Source: Isurus oxyrinchus | Taxonomy: Eukaryota | NCBI GenBank assembly: GCA_026770705.1 | Contig: JANJGN010000150.1 | Location: forward strand, 248,001-312,000 | Reading direction: 5' to 3' | Length of the DNA: 64,000 nt | Part shown: positions 12,586 to 24,500 of the stretch, piece by piece | How the letters are laid out: every line of letters starts with the position of its first letter | How positions within the stretch are numbered: position 1 is the first letter of the stretch | Notes under the pieces: model-generated | What the model saw: the letters and a program-made list of their open reading frames with translations, nothing else | What the model was told of the DNA's origin: nothing | Databases searched by the model: none | Position numbers and translations under genes: made by a program

Positions 12586-15500
12586 GTAATATTGTCAGCT
12601 CAAACAGATTTATGGCTAATAGTCTTTGTAAAAGATCATTCTTATTGAGCTGTGATTGGGAACCGATTCAGCAGTGAGCCAGTGTACAAACTCACACCAA
12701 GTCCCATTCACCCATCACCCCTGTGCTCACTGATATACACTGACTCCCTGTCTGACAGCAGAATTGGAGGAGAGCAGAGATCTCAGAGGGGTGAAGGGGC
12801 TGGATGAGGTTACAGAGGTAGGGACTGGAGAGGTGGTTGGGGGGATTGGGAATTGAGCATGAGAATCTTAAAATGGAGGCACTGCTTGACTGGGAGCCTA
12901 TGTAAGTCAGTGTGGATGGGGGGAAGGGTGGTAAAAGGTTGAGTAGAAAATCAGGGATAAAAACTGGAGGATGAAGTCTCTCCCTATGTTAGGTGTCTGA
13001 TAGCAATATCCTGAAATGTGTCTTTTGCTGATTTTATTCAGAATTTCCCATGAAGACAACACAGCAGCTCCTAGAATAGACAGGCTGTTCAGTGTCACAC
13101 TTCCTGTCCATTCTCACCTTGCTAGATACTTCAATAAGGGAGCAAGATAACTGATAGAGAGAAGGAAGGTAAAGCTGTCCGTGTGTAAAGGTGTCAATAT
13201 TCAGTTTGTATATTTGTCTTTCTCTCGACACATGCAGAGCTCAGGCTAGAGGCACTTTGTTAGTGTGTTTCACAGTGTCTGCTGGAGTAGGGTCAGTGCT
13301 GAGCTTGGGGACAAGTCAGTCTACAATGCTGCATCGGAATCAACAATACAACAATATGGGGTTTGGATCAGAAATAATCCCTTAGACAATGAGGATCCAA
13401 AGAGATTCCTTAAACAATGAGGATCCAAAGAGATTCCTTAAACAATGAGGATCCAACGAGATTCCTCAGACAATGAAGGTCCAAAGTGCACCAATCAGAT
13501 TGAATCAGATTAGCCAATCAGCTGTGTTGAAGAGCAGACAGGAATGTTAGGCTAATTAGTGATTCATGACGGTGATAATGGGGGAGTTCTGAGGGCTCCT
13601 AATCCATTGTCCTGTCTTGTAAATCAGCACTGAATGGATCTCAGTTGGTGTGTCTTGTAGACACTGTGTTGGGTCACATTTAATCATTGACATTAAAGTG
13701 ATAATTAGAGGCTGCATTTGGACTGAACATGAAGCTGTCACCAGGCCGCTTGAAATGAAGAATCCAAATGGTCCAGATGAGCAGAGAGCAATAGATTATA
13801 TTTACATAGCGCCTTAACTGTAAAAAAAAATCCAAGGGGCTACACAGGAGCATTATAATACAAGGCACAGTGACACTGTCTCACTGGCTTCACTAAACAG
13901 GGTCCTGAGGACCATGAGCCAATGTAGAATGAACTAGTCCACTCCTGTGTCCAGGACTCTCTTCCATCCATTGTGAAACCTTGGGGAGTACCTTGTGTGT
14001 CCTGTAGATGGTCCACACTGCAGCCACTGTGCCCCAGTGATGGAGGGGGTGGATATTGAGCCTAATGGATCTTCAAAACATCCAGAGTTAAATATTGATA
14101 TTTCTCTCCCCAGTTGGACTGTCACAAGAGTGGAAAGGTGACAGTCCACGAGAGGTGACAGCGCAGGAAGGTTCGTGTGTACAGATTCCATGTCATTACA
14201 GTTATCCATCACATTTGGAAAACCAACCGCGAGGTGGAGTCTGGTTTAATAATGAGAAACTGATTCCCTGGGCTCCCATTGCCTTTCACTCCAAGGATCA
14301 CAGTCACGAGTTACCACGGTTCCACCATCGGACCCGGCTGTCTGGAGACCTGAAAGATGGCGACTGTTCCCTGATTATAAACAGCATCAGACGGGAAGAT
14401 GCAGGACCTTATTTTTTCAGGATAGAATTTGACAATGGTCCGAGCCATAACTATTACCCTGTAACCCAGCTTCACGTTTCTGGTAAGTGCTGTGTTATAA
14501 TTACAAAACAATTCACATTCAACACTCAATGGGAAATAACACAAACTGTGACGTTTACATATTAACACAAAACACAGCTTAATATAACACACTGTCTGAT
14601 TCTCAATAACCTGGTGATAGCTTCCGGTTCAGTCCTAAAGCAACCTCTAATACTCACTTTAATATCAATAACGAAAAGCATTAACTGTATTATCAGGTTA
14701 CCACACCCATCAATCTCTCCTGTCCTGTTTAAAAGTCTGACGTATCGATAAAAGAAAGATGTGCATTTCTGCAGCGCAATTTACCACCTCAGGTGGATCC
14801 AAATCCCTTCACAGCCAATGAAATTATTCCTGAATTGTGGTCACAGATGTTAAACACAGCAGGCAGTTTGTGCACAGTAAGATCCAACAAACCACAAGGT
14901 GATAAATCACCCAGATCACTGAGGAAATGAGAAGCCAGTGAACTCAAACCTCTGGTCTGATGAAGAGTCATACGGACTCGAAACGTTAACCCTGTCTTCC
15001 TCTCCACTGATACTGTCAGACCTGCTGAGTCTTTCCAGCAATTTTTGTTTTGGTTTCAGATTTCCAGCATCCGCAGTATTCTGCTTTTAACTCCAATCTC
15101 TGGTCTGAGCCTCTTCTCTCATCCAGTATTCTCAATTCACATGTCTCGGAGTGAACGTGTATTAAGCTGAGAGACAGAAACACAACTGCCAAAGAGCAAG
15201 AAAATCTTTCCTGATCATTGTAACCTCTCAGTTCTGATATCATCCTTGTAAAAGTGCTTTCTCTTGTGGGACTGTGGTTTCTATTTGAACTGATGCTTCA
15301 CGTTATATTTCTCTAAAAAGATCCATTTTCTGTCTGTTAGATTTCACAGATAAACCCACGATATTCCCTGCGGAAATTATTGCAGGAAAGCGTGTGGATG
15401 TAAGCTGCACCTTCAACACAACGTGCAATGGAACAGCAGCACCTGTCTTAACCTGGGACACTCCCACTGACGTACCTGGATCAGTCTCAAACACTGTAAC

Positions 15501-18500
15501 TCAGCATGGTGTCACTCTGACCTATACTTCTGTTCTGACCCTGATCCCATCACTCAAACACCACGGACACACTCTCAGCTGCAGAGTGAGATATCCATCT
15601 GTTTCATCGGAGCGGACCCTCGTACTAACTGTGCAATGTAAGTACGGACACCCTTCATTCTACATTAGCTAGAACAGTGTAGATAATGCACAGCAGGATC
15701 CCATAGAAAGGTATTCTGATGAGAATCAGATAATCTGTTTTTTAGGGAAAATAGTGACCAGAACACAATTAATAACAGTTTCTGAACAGTAACACAGCGG
15801 CTTTTATTTCCAGCCAAGAGACCGATAGAGCAGAGCAGGAATCGCAATGTACTCACCCCCTGACAGTGCAGCACTCCCTCAGTACTGACCCTATGACAGT
15901 GCAGCACTCCCTCAGTACTGACCCTATGACAATGCAACACTCCCTCAGTACTGACCCTCTGACAGTCAGCACTCCCTCAGTACTGACCCTCCGACAGTGC
16001 AGCACTCCCTCAGTGCTGACCCTCTGACAGTGCAGCACTCCCTCAGTCCTGACCCACTGACAGTGCAACACTCCCTCAGTAATGACCCTTTGACAGTGCT
16101 GCTCTCCCTCAGTATTGCCTTTAAACTAAATAGATGGGGAGAGTGTTCTGGAGAGGGTATATGTAGGCTTACAAAGCAAAAGGATTTGCCAGCATTGCAG
16201 GATAGCTGTTTTGGTGATGATACCCAGTGTGTGACAGGTGGGTACACAGTGTCCAAACATTAAAATACATCAGCAAATAGAGTCAGAGGGAGGAAAATGA
16301 TAAAAAGACAAAATTAATGGCTCTTGACTTAAATGCACATAGTATTTGGAACAAAATAAATGAATTAAAGGCAAAAATAGAGGTTAATGGGTTTGATCTT
16401 ATAGCCATTATGGAGACATGGTTACAAGGAGATCAAAGCTTTGAAATAAATATTCAGGGGTATGTGTCTTTTCAAAAAGACAGGCAGGAAGGAAAGGTGG
16501 TGGGGTAGCTTTGTTAATAGGAGATGGAATAAGTACGAAAGCAAGAAATGATCTTGGATCGGAGGGTATAGAATCCATATGGCTCGAGGTAATGAATAAC
16601 AAGGGGAGGTAGGAACTGGTGGGAGTGGTCTATCAGCCCCATGACTGTAGCTCGGCTGTAGGACAGAGAATAAATCATGAGATAATGAGGGCATGTAAAA
16701 AAGGCAGTACATTAATCTTCATGTAGATTGGGAAAACCCAATTGGCAGAGGTAGCCATGAGCAAGAATTCATAGAGTGTATTCAAGACAGTTTCCTGGAA
16801 TAATATGTCGTGGATCTAACCAGGGATCAGGCTATTTTGGATCTGGTAATGTGTAATGAGGCAGGTTTCATACATGATCTCAGAATAAATGATCCCGTGG
16901 AAAACAGTGAACATAACCTGGTAGAATTTAGCATTCCCTCTGAGACTGAGAAACCTGGGTCGGAAACAACTGTGCTGGACTTAAATAAGTGTAATTACAA
17001 AGGAATAAGGACAGGGTTGTCAGGAGTGGACTGGGAAAGGGGTTTAGCAGAAAAGATGCTGGATGAACAAAGCAGATGTTTAAGAAAATAGCTCATGACT
17101 CACAACAACGATATATCCCAGTGAGAAAGAAGGATTGTAGGAAGAGAATAAACCAACCTGGGTTACCCAAAGAAGTTAAGGTGTGTGTCAAATTGAAAGA
17201 AAAAACATGCAGCACGACAAAGATTAGTGGTAAGCCAGAGGATTGAGAGAGTTTTAAAAACCAACAGAAGATGACCAAAAAATAAATAAAGAGGGAGAAA
17301 ACTAGGTAAACTAGCAATTGATATAAAAAAGGACAATAAAAGCTCCTTTAAATATATAAAAAGGGAGAGAGAGACCAAACTGTTCATAGGCCCCTTAGAG
17401 AACTAGGCTGGGGAAATAATAATGGGGAACCAGAAAATGACAGAGGAGTTGAATAAATACTTTGCATCAGTCTTCACGGTAGAACACACTAATATCATTC
17501 CAAAAATACTAAATAATCAAGGGGCAAAAGGGGGGTGGGGAGAGGAAATAAATACAATAACTATCACTAGAGAATAACGCTAGCGAAACTAATGGGTCTC
17601 AAGTCTGATAGGTCCCCTGGACCTGATAGGTTGCATCTTAGGATATTAAAGGAAGTAGATGCAGAGATAGTGGATGTACTGGTTTTAATCTTCCAAGAAT
17701 CCTTAGATTCTGGGAAACTCCCAGAGGATTGGAAATCTGCCAAAGTAACACCCATATTCAAAAAGGGAGGGAGACAACAAACAGGTAACTATAGGCCAGT
17801 TAGCTTAACATCTGTCATTGGGAACATGTTAGAGTCCATTATAAAGGATGTAATAGCAGACTATTTAGAAATGCATAATTTAAACAAACACAGGCTTCAT
17901 GAAGGGGAAATCATGCATGACAAATTTATTAGAATTCTTTGAGGAGGTAACAAACAGGATAGATAAAGGGGAACCAGTAGATGTAATATATTTGGATTTC
18001 CAAAAGGCATTCAGTAAAGTACCACATATAAGGCTACTTAATAAGATAAGAGCCCATGGTGTTGGGGGCAGTATATTAGCATGGATAGAGGATCGGCTAA
18101 CTAATAGAAGTCAGAGAGTTGGGATAAGGGGGGCATTTTCAGGATGGCAACCTGTGGATTGCCACACGGATCAGTGCTGGGGCCACAATTATTTACAATA
18201 TATATTAATGACTTGGATGAGGGAAATTAATGTACTATCGCCAAGTTTGCGGATGACACAAAAATAGATGGGAAGGCAAGCGGTGAGGGTGACACGAAGA
18301 GTCTACAGAGGGACATAGACAGGTTCAGTGAGTGGGCATCAACTTGGCAGATGGAATATAATGTGGGAAAATGTGAGCTGCTGCACTGTGGCAGGATGTA
18401 TAGAGGAGCTGAATATTATTTCAATGGAGAAAGACATTGGAAAGGTGAAGCATATTGGAATTTGGGGGTCATCAGAAAGATAACATACAAGTTCAGCAGT

Positions 18501-21500
18501 TAATAGGGAATGTTGGCCTTTATTTCAAAGGGAATGGAGTATAAAAATAGGGAAGTCATGCTAAAACTTTACAAGGCACTCGTTAGACCACACCTAGAAT
18601 ACTGTGAGCAGTTTTGGTTCCCTTATCTAAGGAAAGATGTACTGGCATTGGAGGCAGTCCAGAGAAGGTTCACTAGGTTGATCCCAGTAATGGAGGGATT
18701 TTCATATGAGGAGAGGTTGAGTAGGATGGGCCTGTACTCATTGGAGTTTAGGAGAATGAGAGCTGACCTTATTGAAACATATAAGATTCTTAGGGTGCTT
18801 GACAGGGTAGATGCTGAGAGGTTGTTTCCCCTTGTGGGAGAGTCTAGGACCAGAGGGCATGATCTCAGAGTAAGGGGTCACCCATTTAAGACAGAGATGA
18901 GGAGTTTCTTCTCTCAGAGGGTAGTGAATGTGTGGAATTCTTTACTGCAGAGAGCTGCAGAGGCTGGGTCATTAATTATATTCAAGGCTGAGATACACAG
19001 TTTTTTAATCAGTCAGGGAATCAAAAGCTATGGGAAAGTGGCAGGAAAATGGAGTTGAGGATTGTCAGATCAGCCATGGTGTCATTGAATGGCGGAGCAG
19101 AGTTGATTGGTCGAATGGCCTCCTTCTGCTCTGACGTCCTGTGGTCTTATGGTCTTATCACCCTCCGACAGTGCAGATCTCCCTAATTACTGACCCTCCA
19201 ACAGTGCAGCACTCCCTCAGTACTGACCCTCTGGCAGTGCAGCATTCCCTAAGTATTGACCCTCCAACAGTGCAGCACTCCCTCAGTACTGACCCTCCAA
19301 CAGTGCAGAGCTCCCTAATTACTGACCCTCCGACAGTGCAGCACTCCCTCAGTACTGACCCTCCGACAGTGCAGCATTCCCTAAGTACTGACCCTCCGAG
19401 AGTGCAGCACTCTTCCAGTACTGGCCCTCCAACAGTGCAACACTCCCCTAGTACTGACCCTCCAACAGTGCAGCACTCCCTCAGTACTGACCCTCCAACA
19501 GTGCAGCACTCCCTCAGTACTGACCCTCTGACAGTGCACCACTCCATCAGTACTGACCCTCCGACAGTGCAGCACTCCCTCAGTACTGATCTTCCAACAG
19601 TGCAGCAGTCCATCAGTACTGACCCTCCGACAGTGCACCACTCCCTGAGTCCTGATCCTCCAACAGTGCAGCACTCCCTCAGTACTGATCCTCCAACAGT
19701 TCAGCACTCCCTCAGTACTGATTCTCTGACAGTGAAGTACTTGCTCAGTACTGACTATGCGGCAGTGCAGCTTTCACAGTACTTGCCCTCCAACAGTGCA
19801 GCAGGTCATCAGTACTCACGCGCCAAGAGGGCAGCTCTCCCTCAGTACTGACCCTCCCACAGTGCAGCACTACCTCAGTACTGACCCTCCAACAGTGCAG
19901 CACACCATCAGTACTGACCCTCCAACAATACAGCACTCCCTCAGTACTGAACTGAAGTGTCTGCCTGAATTAAGTGCTTTGTGGTGAAGGAACCTACATT
20001 GATATCACACCTTTCACATTCTCAGGGTCCCTCTTCAGTACTGACCCTCTGACAGTGCAGCATTGCTTCAGTACTGACTCTCTTACAGTGCAGCACTCCC
20101 TCAGTACTGACCCTCTGACAGTGCAGCACTCCCTCAGTACTGATCCTCCGACAGTGCAGCATTCCCTAAGTACTGACCCTCCGAGAGTGCAGCACTCTTC
20201 CAGTACTGGCCCTCCAACAGTGCAACACTCCCCTAGTACTGACCCTCCAACAGTGCAGCACTCCCTCAGTACTGACCCTCCAACAGTGCAGCACTCCCTC
20301 AGTACTGACCCTCTGAAAGTGCACCACTCCATCAGTACTGACCCTCCGACAGTGCAGCACTCCCTCAGTACTGATCTTCCAACAGTGCAGCAGTCCATCA
20401 GTACTGACCCTCCGACAGTGCACCACTCCCTCAGTCCTGATCCTCCAACAGTGCAGCACTCCCTCAGTACTGACCCTCCAACAGTGCAGCACTCCATCAG
20501 TACTGACCCTCCAACAATACAGCACTCCCTCAGTACTGAACTGAAGTGTCTGCCTGAATTAAGTGCTTTGTGGTGAAGGAACCTACATTGATATCACACC
20601 TTTCACATTCTCAGGGTCCCTCTTCAGTACTGACCCTCTGACAGTGCAGCATTGCTTCAGTACTGACTCTCTTACAGTGCAGCACTCCCTCAGTACTGAC
20701 CCTCTGACAGTGCAGCACTCCCTCAATACTGACCCTCTGACAGTGCAGCATTGCTTCAGTACTGACCCTCTGACAGTGCAGCACTCCCTCAGTACTGACC
20801 CTCTGACAGTGCAGCACTCCCTCAGTACTGACCCTCTGACAGTGCAGCACTCCCTCAGTACTGACCCTCTGACAGTGCAGCACTCCCTCAGTACTGACCC
20901 TCTGACAGTGCAGCACTCCCTCAGTACTGACCCTCTGACAGTGCAGCACTCCCTCAGTACTGACCCTCTGACAGTGCAGCACTCCCTCAGTACTGACCCT
21001 CTGACAGTGCAGCACTCCCTCAGTACTGACCCTCTGACAGTGCAGCACTCCCTCAATACTGACCCTCTGACAGTGCAGCACTCCCTCAGTACTGACCCTC
21101 TGACAGTGCAGCACTCCCTCAGTACTGACCCTCTGACAATGCAGCACTCCCTCAGTACTGACCCTCTGACAGTGCAGCACTCCCTCAGTACTGACCCTCT
21201 GACAGTGCAGCACTCCCTCAGTACTGACCCTCTGACAGTGCAGCACTCCCTCAGTACTGACCCTCTGACAGTGCAGCACTCCCTCAATACTGACCCTCTG
21301 ACAGTGCAGCACTCCCTCAGTACTGACCCTCTGACAGTGCAGCACTCCCTCAGTACTGACCCTCTGACAGTGCAGCACTCCCTCAGTACTGACCCTCTGA
21401 CAGTGCAGCACTCCCTCAGTACTGACCCTCTGACAGTGCAGCACTCCCTCAGTACTGACCCTCTGACAGTGCAGCACTCCCTCAATACTGACCCTCTGAC

Positions 21501-24500
21501 AGTGCAGCACTCCCTCAGTACTGACCCTCTGACAGTGCAGCACTCCCTCAGTACTGACCCTCTGACAGTGCAGCACTCCCTCAGTACTGACCCTCTGACA
21601 GTGCAGCACTCCCTCAGTACTGACCCTCTGACAGTGCAGCACTCCCTCAGTACTGACCCTCTGACAGTGCAGCACTCCCTCAGTACTGACCCTCTGACAG
21701 TGCAGCACTCCCTCAGTACTGACCCTCTGACAGTGCAGCACTCCCTCAGTACTGACCCTCTGACAGTGCAGCACTCCCTCAGTACTGACCCTCTGACAGT
21801 GCAGCACTCCCTCAGTACTGACCCTCTGACAGTGCAGCACTCCCTCAGTACTGACCCTCTGACACTGCAGCACTCCCTCAGTACTGACCCTCTGACAGTG
21901 CAGCACCTCTTCAGTACAGGGTCCTGAATCTTTGGAAGTCTCTCCTTAATCCTTGGGTGTGGAGGATCTGAGAGACTCTCATGTAATTGAGAAGTCACCA
22001 TGAGCACAGCAGCAGTCAGAATAGACAGATCTACAACCCAACACTCACACTTGCTGCACAGTTTCACCACCAAACCACAAGAATTAAGCAAACTGGCTGA
22101 AAATAAAGAGATGACAATTCAGCCTGTGTGGAAAGGTCAGAAGTTTATTGTTTCCTGTTTGTCTCTGATCTGCAGCGCAGATAAATATTAGAAAACCACA
22201 GAATCAAACAGCACAGAAAGAGGCCACTCAGCCCATTGTCCCTGTCCTGGTCTCCTGGGACAGATATCCAATTGGTCCCAATCTCCCATTCTCTCACACT
22301 CTGCAAGTATTTTGAAAGATCCTATTGAATCTGCTTCCACCGCCCTTTCAGGCAGCACCTTCCAGATCACAGCAACTCGCTGTGTACAATAAAACCTAAC
22401 CTGCCTGCTCAGTGATGGTTACTCCCATCTGAGGGGATTTATATTCATGAATTTGGATTCAATCTGGGACAGGAAGAATTTGAAGGACGATGGGGGAAGA
22501 GAGGTGGATTGAAACCAATTGTGTGCTTCCTTTAAAGAGCTAGCACAGCCAAGATGGCATGAATGGCCTCCTGCTGTTCCGTGTGATTCTGTGATATGAT
22601 GAAGAAAGTTCCTTTTCAGCAACAGTTTACCTCTTCTGCTGAAACTCTTCATGTTGGAGAAGAGGAAGTGATGGTTTCCATCAGCGTTTGTGTTCCAGTT
22701 CAGTTTTAACCGAAACTCAGTGAAGCGGATGGTGAAGGTCATGAACCCACCACAGGGGCACCTCCGACACATGCAGAGCTCAGGCTAGAGGCACTTTGTT
22801 AGTGTGTTTCACAGGGTCTGCTGGGGTAGGGTCAGTGCTGAGCTTGGGGACAAGTCAGTCTACAATGCTGCATCGGAATCAACAATACAACAATATGGGG
22901 TTTGGATCGAAATAATTTGATCCTGTGACAGTGCAGCACTCCCTCAGTACTGATTCTCCAACAGTGCAGGACTCCCTCAGTACTGACCCTCTGACAGTGC
23001 AGCACTCCCTCAGTACTGACCCTCTGACAGTGTGTGTTCCAGTTCAGTTTTAACCGAAACTCAGTGAAGCGGTCCTGATCCTCCAACAGTGCAGCACTCC
23101 CTCAGTACTGATTCTCTGACAGTGAAGTACTTGCTCAGTACTGACTATGCGGCAGTGCAGCTTTCACAGTACCTGCCCTCCAACAGTGCAGCAGGTCATC
23201 AGTACTCACGCGCCAAGAGGGCAGCTCTCCCTCAGTACTGACCCTCCCAAAGTGCAGCACTACCTCAGTACTGACCCTCCAACAGTGCAGCACTCCATCA
23301 GTACTGACCCTCCAACAATACAGCACTCCCTCAGTACTGAACTGAAGTGTCTGCCTGAATTAAGTGCTTTGTGGTGAAGGAACCGACATTGATATCACAC
23401 CTTTCACATTCTCAGGGTGTCTCAAAGCGTTTCACAGTCAATGTAAGTAACTGATCTTTATTTGTTTTCAGACACACCACAGAATCTCTCAATTAATTCT
23501 CTTGATATGATTAACGCTTCATCGATCAATATAATTGAGGGGAATTCTGCGGTGATAATCTGCTCTGTCGAGAGCTTCCCAGCTTCTAACCTGACGTGGC
23601 GACATCTTAATGTCCCAATGAACAGAACAAGTTCCAACAATGAGCTGTGGCTGGTGATTCCTCACGTTACATCCAGGGACACTGGAGACTATCAGTGTGT
23701 GGCAGAGAATGAACATGGAGCAGTGGAGGGGTTCATAACCATCACTGTGGAACGTGAGTTACACAGAATTGAACGTTCTCTTGTTGTTAGCTCATGGGAT
23801 GTGGGCATTGTTGACAAGACCAGAAATTATTGCCCATCTGTAACTGCCCCTTGAGAAGGTGGTGGTGAGCTGCCTTCTTTAACCACTACATTCCCTGTGG
23901 TGTAGGTACACCCACAGTGCTGTTAGGGAGGGAGTTCCAGGATTTTGTCCCAGTGATGGTGAAAGAACGGCCAATATATTTCCAAGTCCCAGGGCAGACC
24001 ACCACCTCAAGTTCGCTTCCAAATCACACACCTCACTGACTTGGAACTGTCTTGGTGGAAGAGGTTAAGAGTTTGGAAGGTGCTGTCGAAGGAGCCTTGG
24101 TGAGTTGCTGCAGTGCATCTTGTAGATGGTTCACACACTGCTGCCATTGTGTGCCAGTGGTGGAGGGTATGAATGTTTATGCTGGTGGATGGGCTGTCGA
24201 TCAAACAAGCTGCTCCTGGATGGTGTCGAGCTTCTTGAGTGTTGTTGGAGCTGCACTTATTCAGGCAATTGGAGATTATTCCATCACACTCCTGACTTGT
24301 GCCTTGTCGATGGTGGACAGGCTTTGGGGGGTCAGGAGGTGAGTTACTCACCGCAGAGTTCCCAGCCTCTGACCCGCACTTGTAGCCACATTATTTCCTG
24401 TTGCTGGGTTGTTGCCAGGGCCAATAGCCTTTGCTGTATCCAGTATCATCAGCTGATTGCTGATGTCACGTGGAGTCAATCGAATTGTCTGAAAGCTGAC

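Noticed and set aside
13084-13168. Possible alternative first exon (ETS and GATA motifs, gaag|gtaaag donor)
   Set aside because: Lies downstream of the leader and has no ATG or signal sequence. Motifs are too short to call without RNA data.
20600-21920. CRISPR-like regular repeats
   Set aside because: Head-to-tail units with no unique spacers, in vertebrate context.
8634-21927. Long ORFs (up to 502 aa) of VLHCQRVSTEG, TVQHSLSTDPL or VLRECCTVRGS repeats
   Set aside because: Translations of a stop-free 33-bp satellite, open in several frames on both strands. Not genes.
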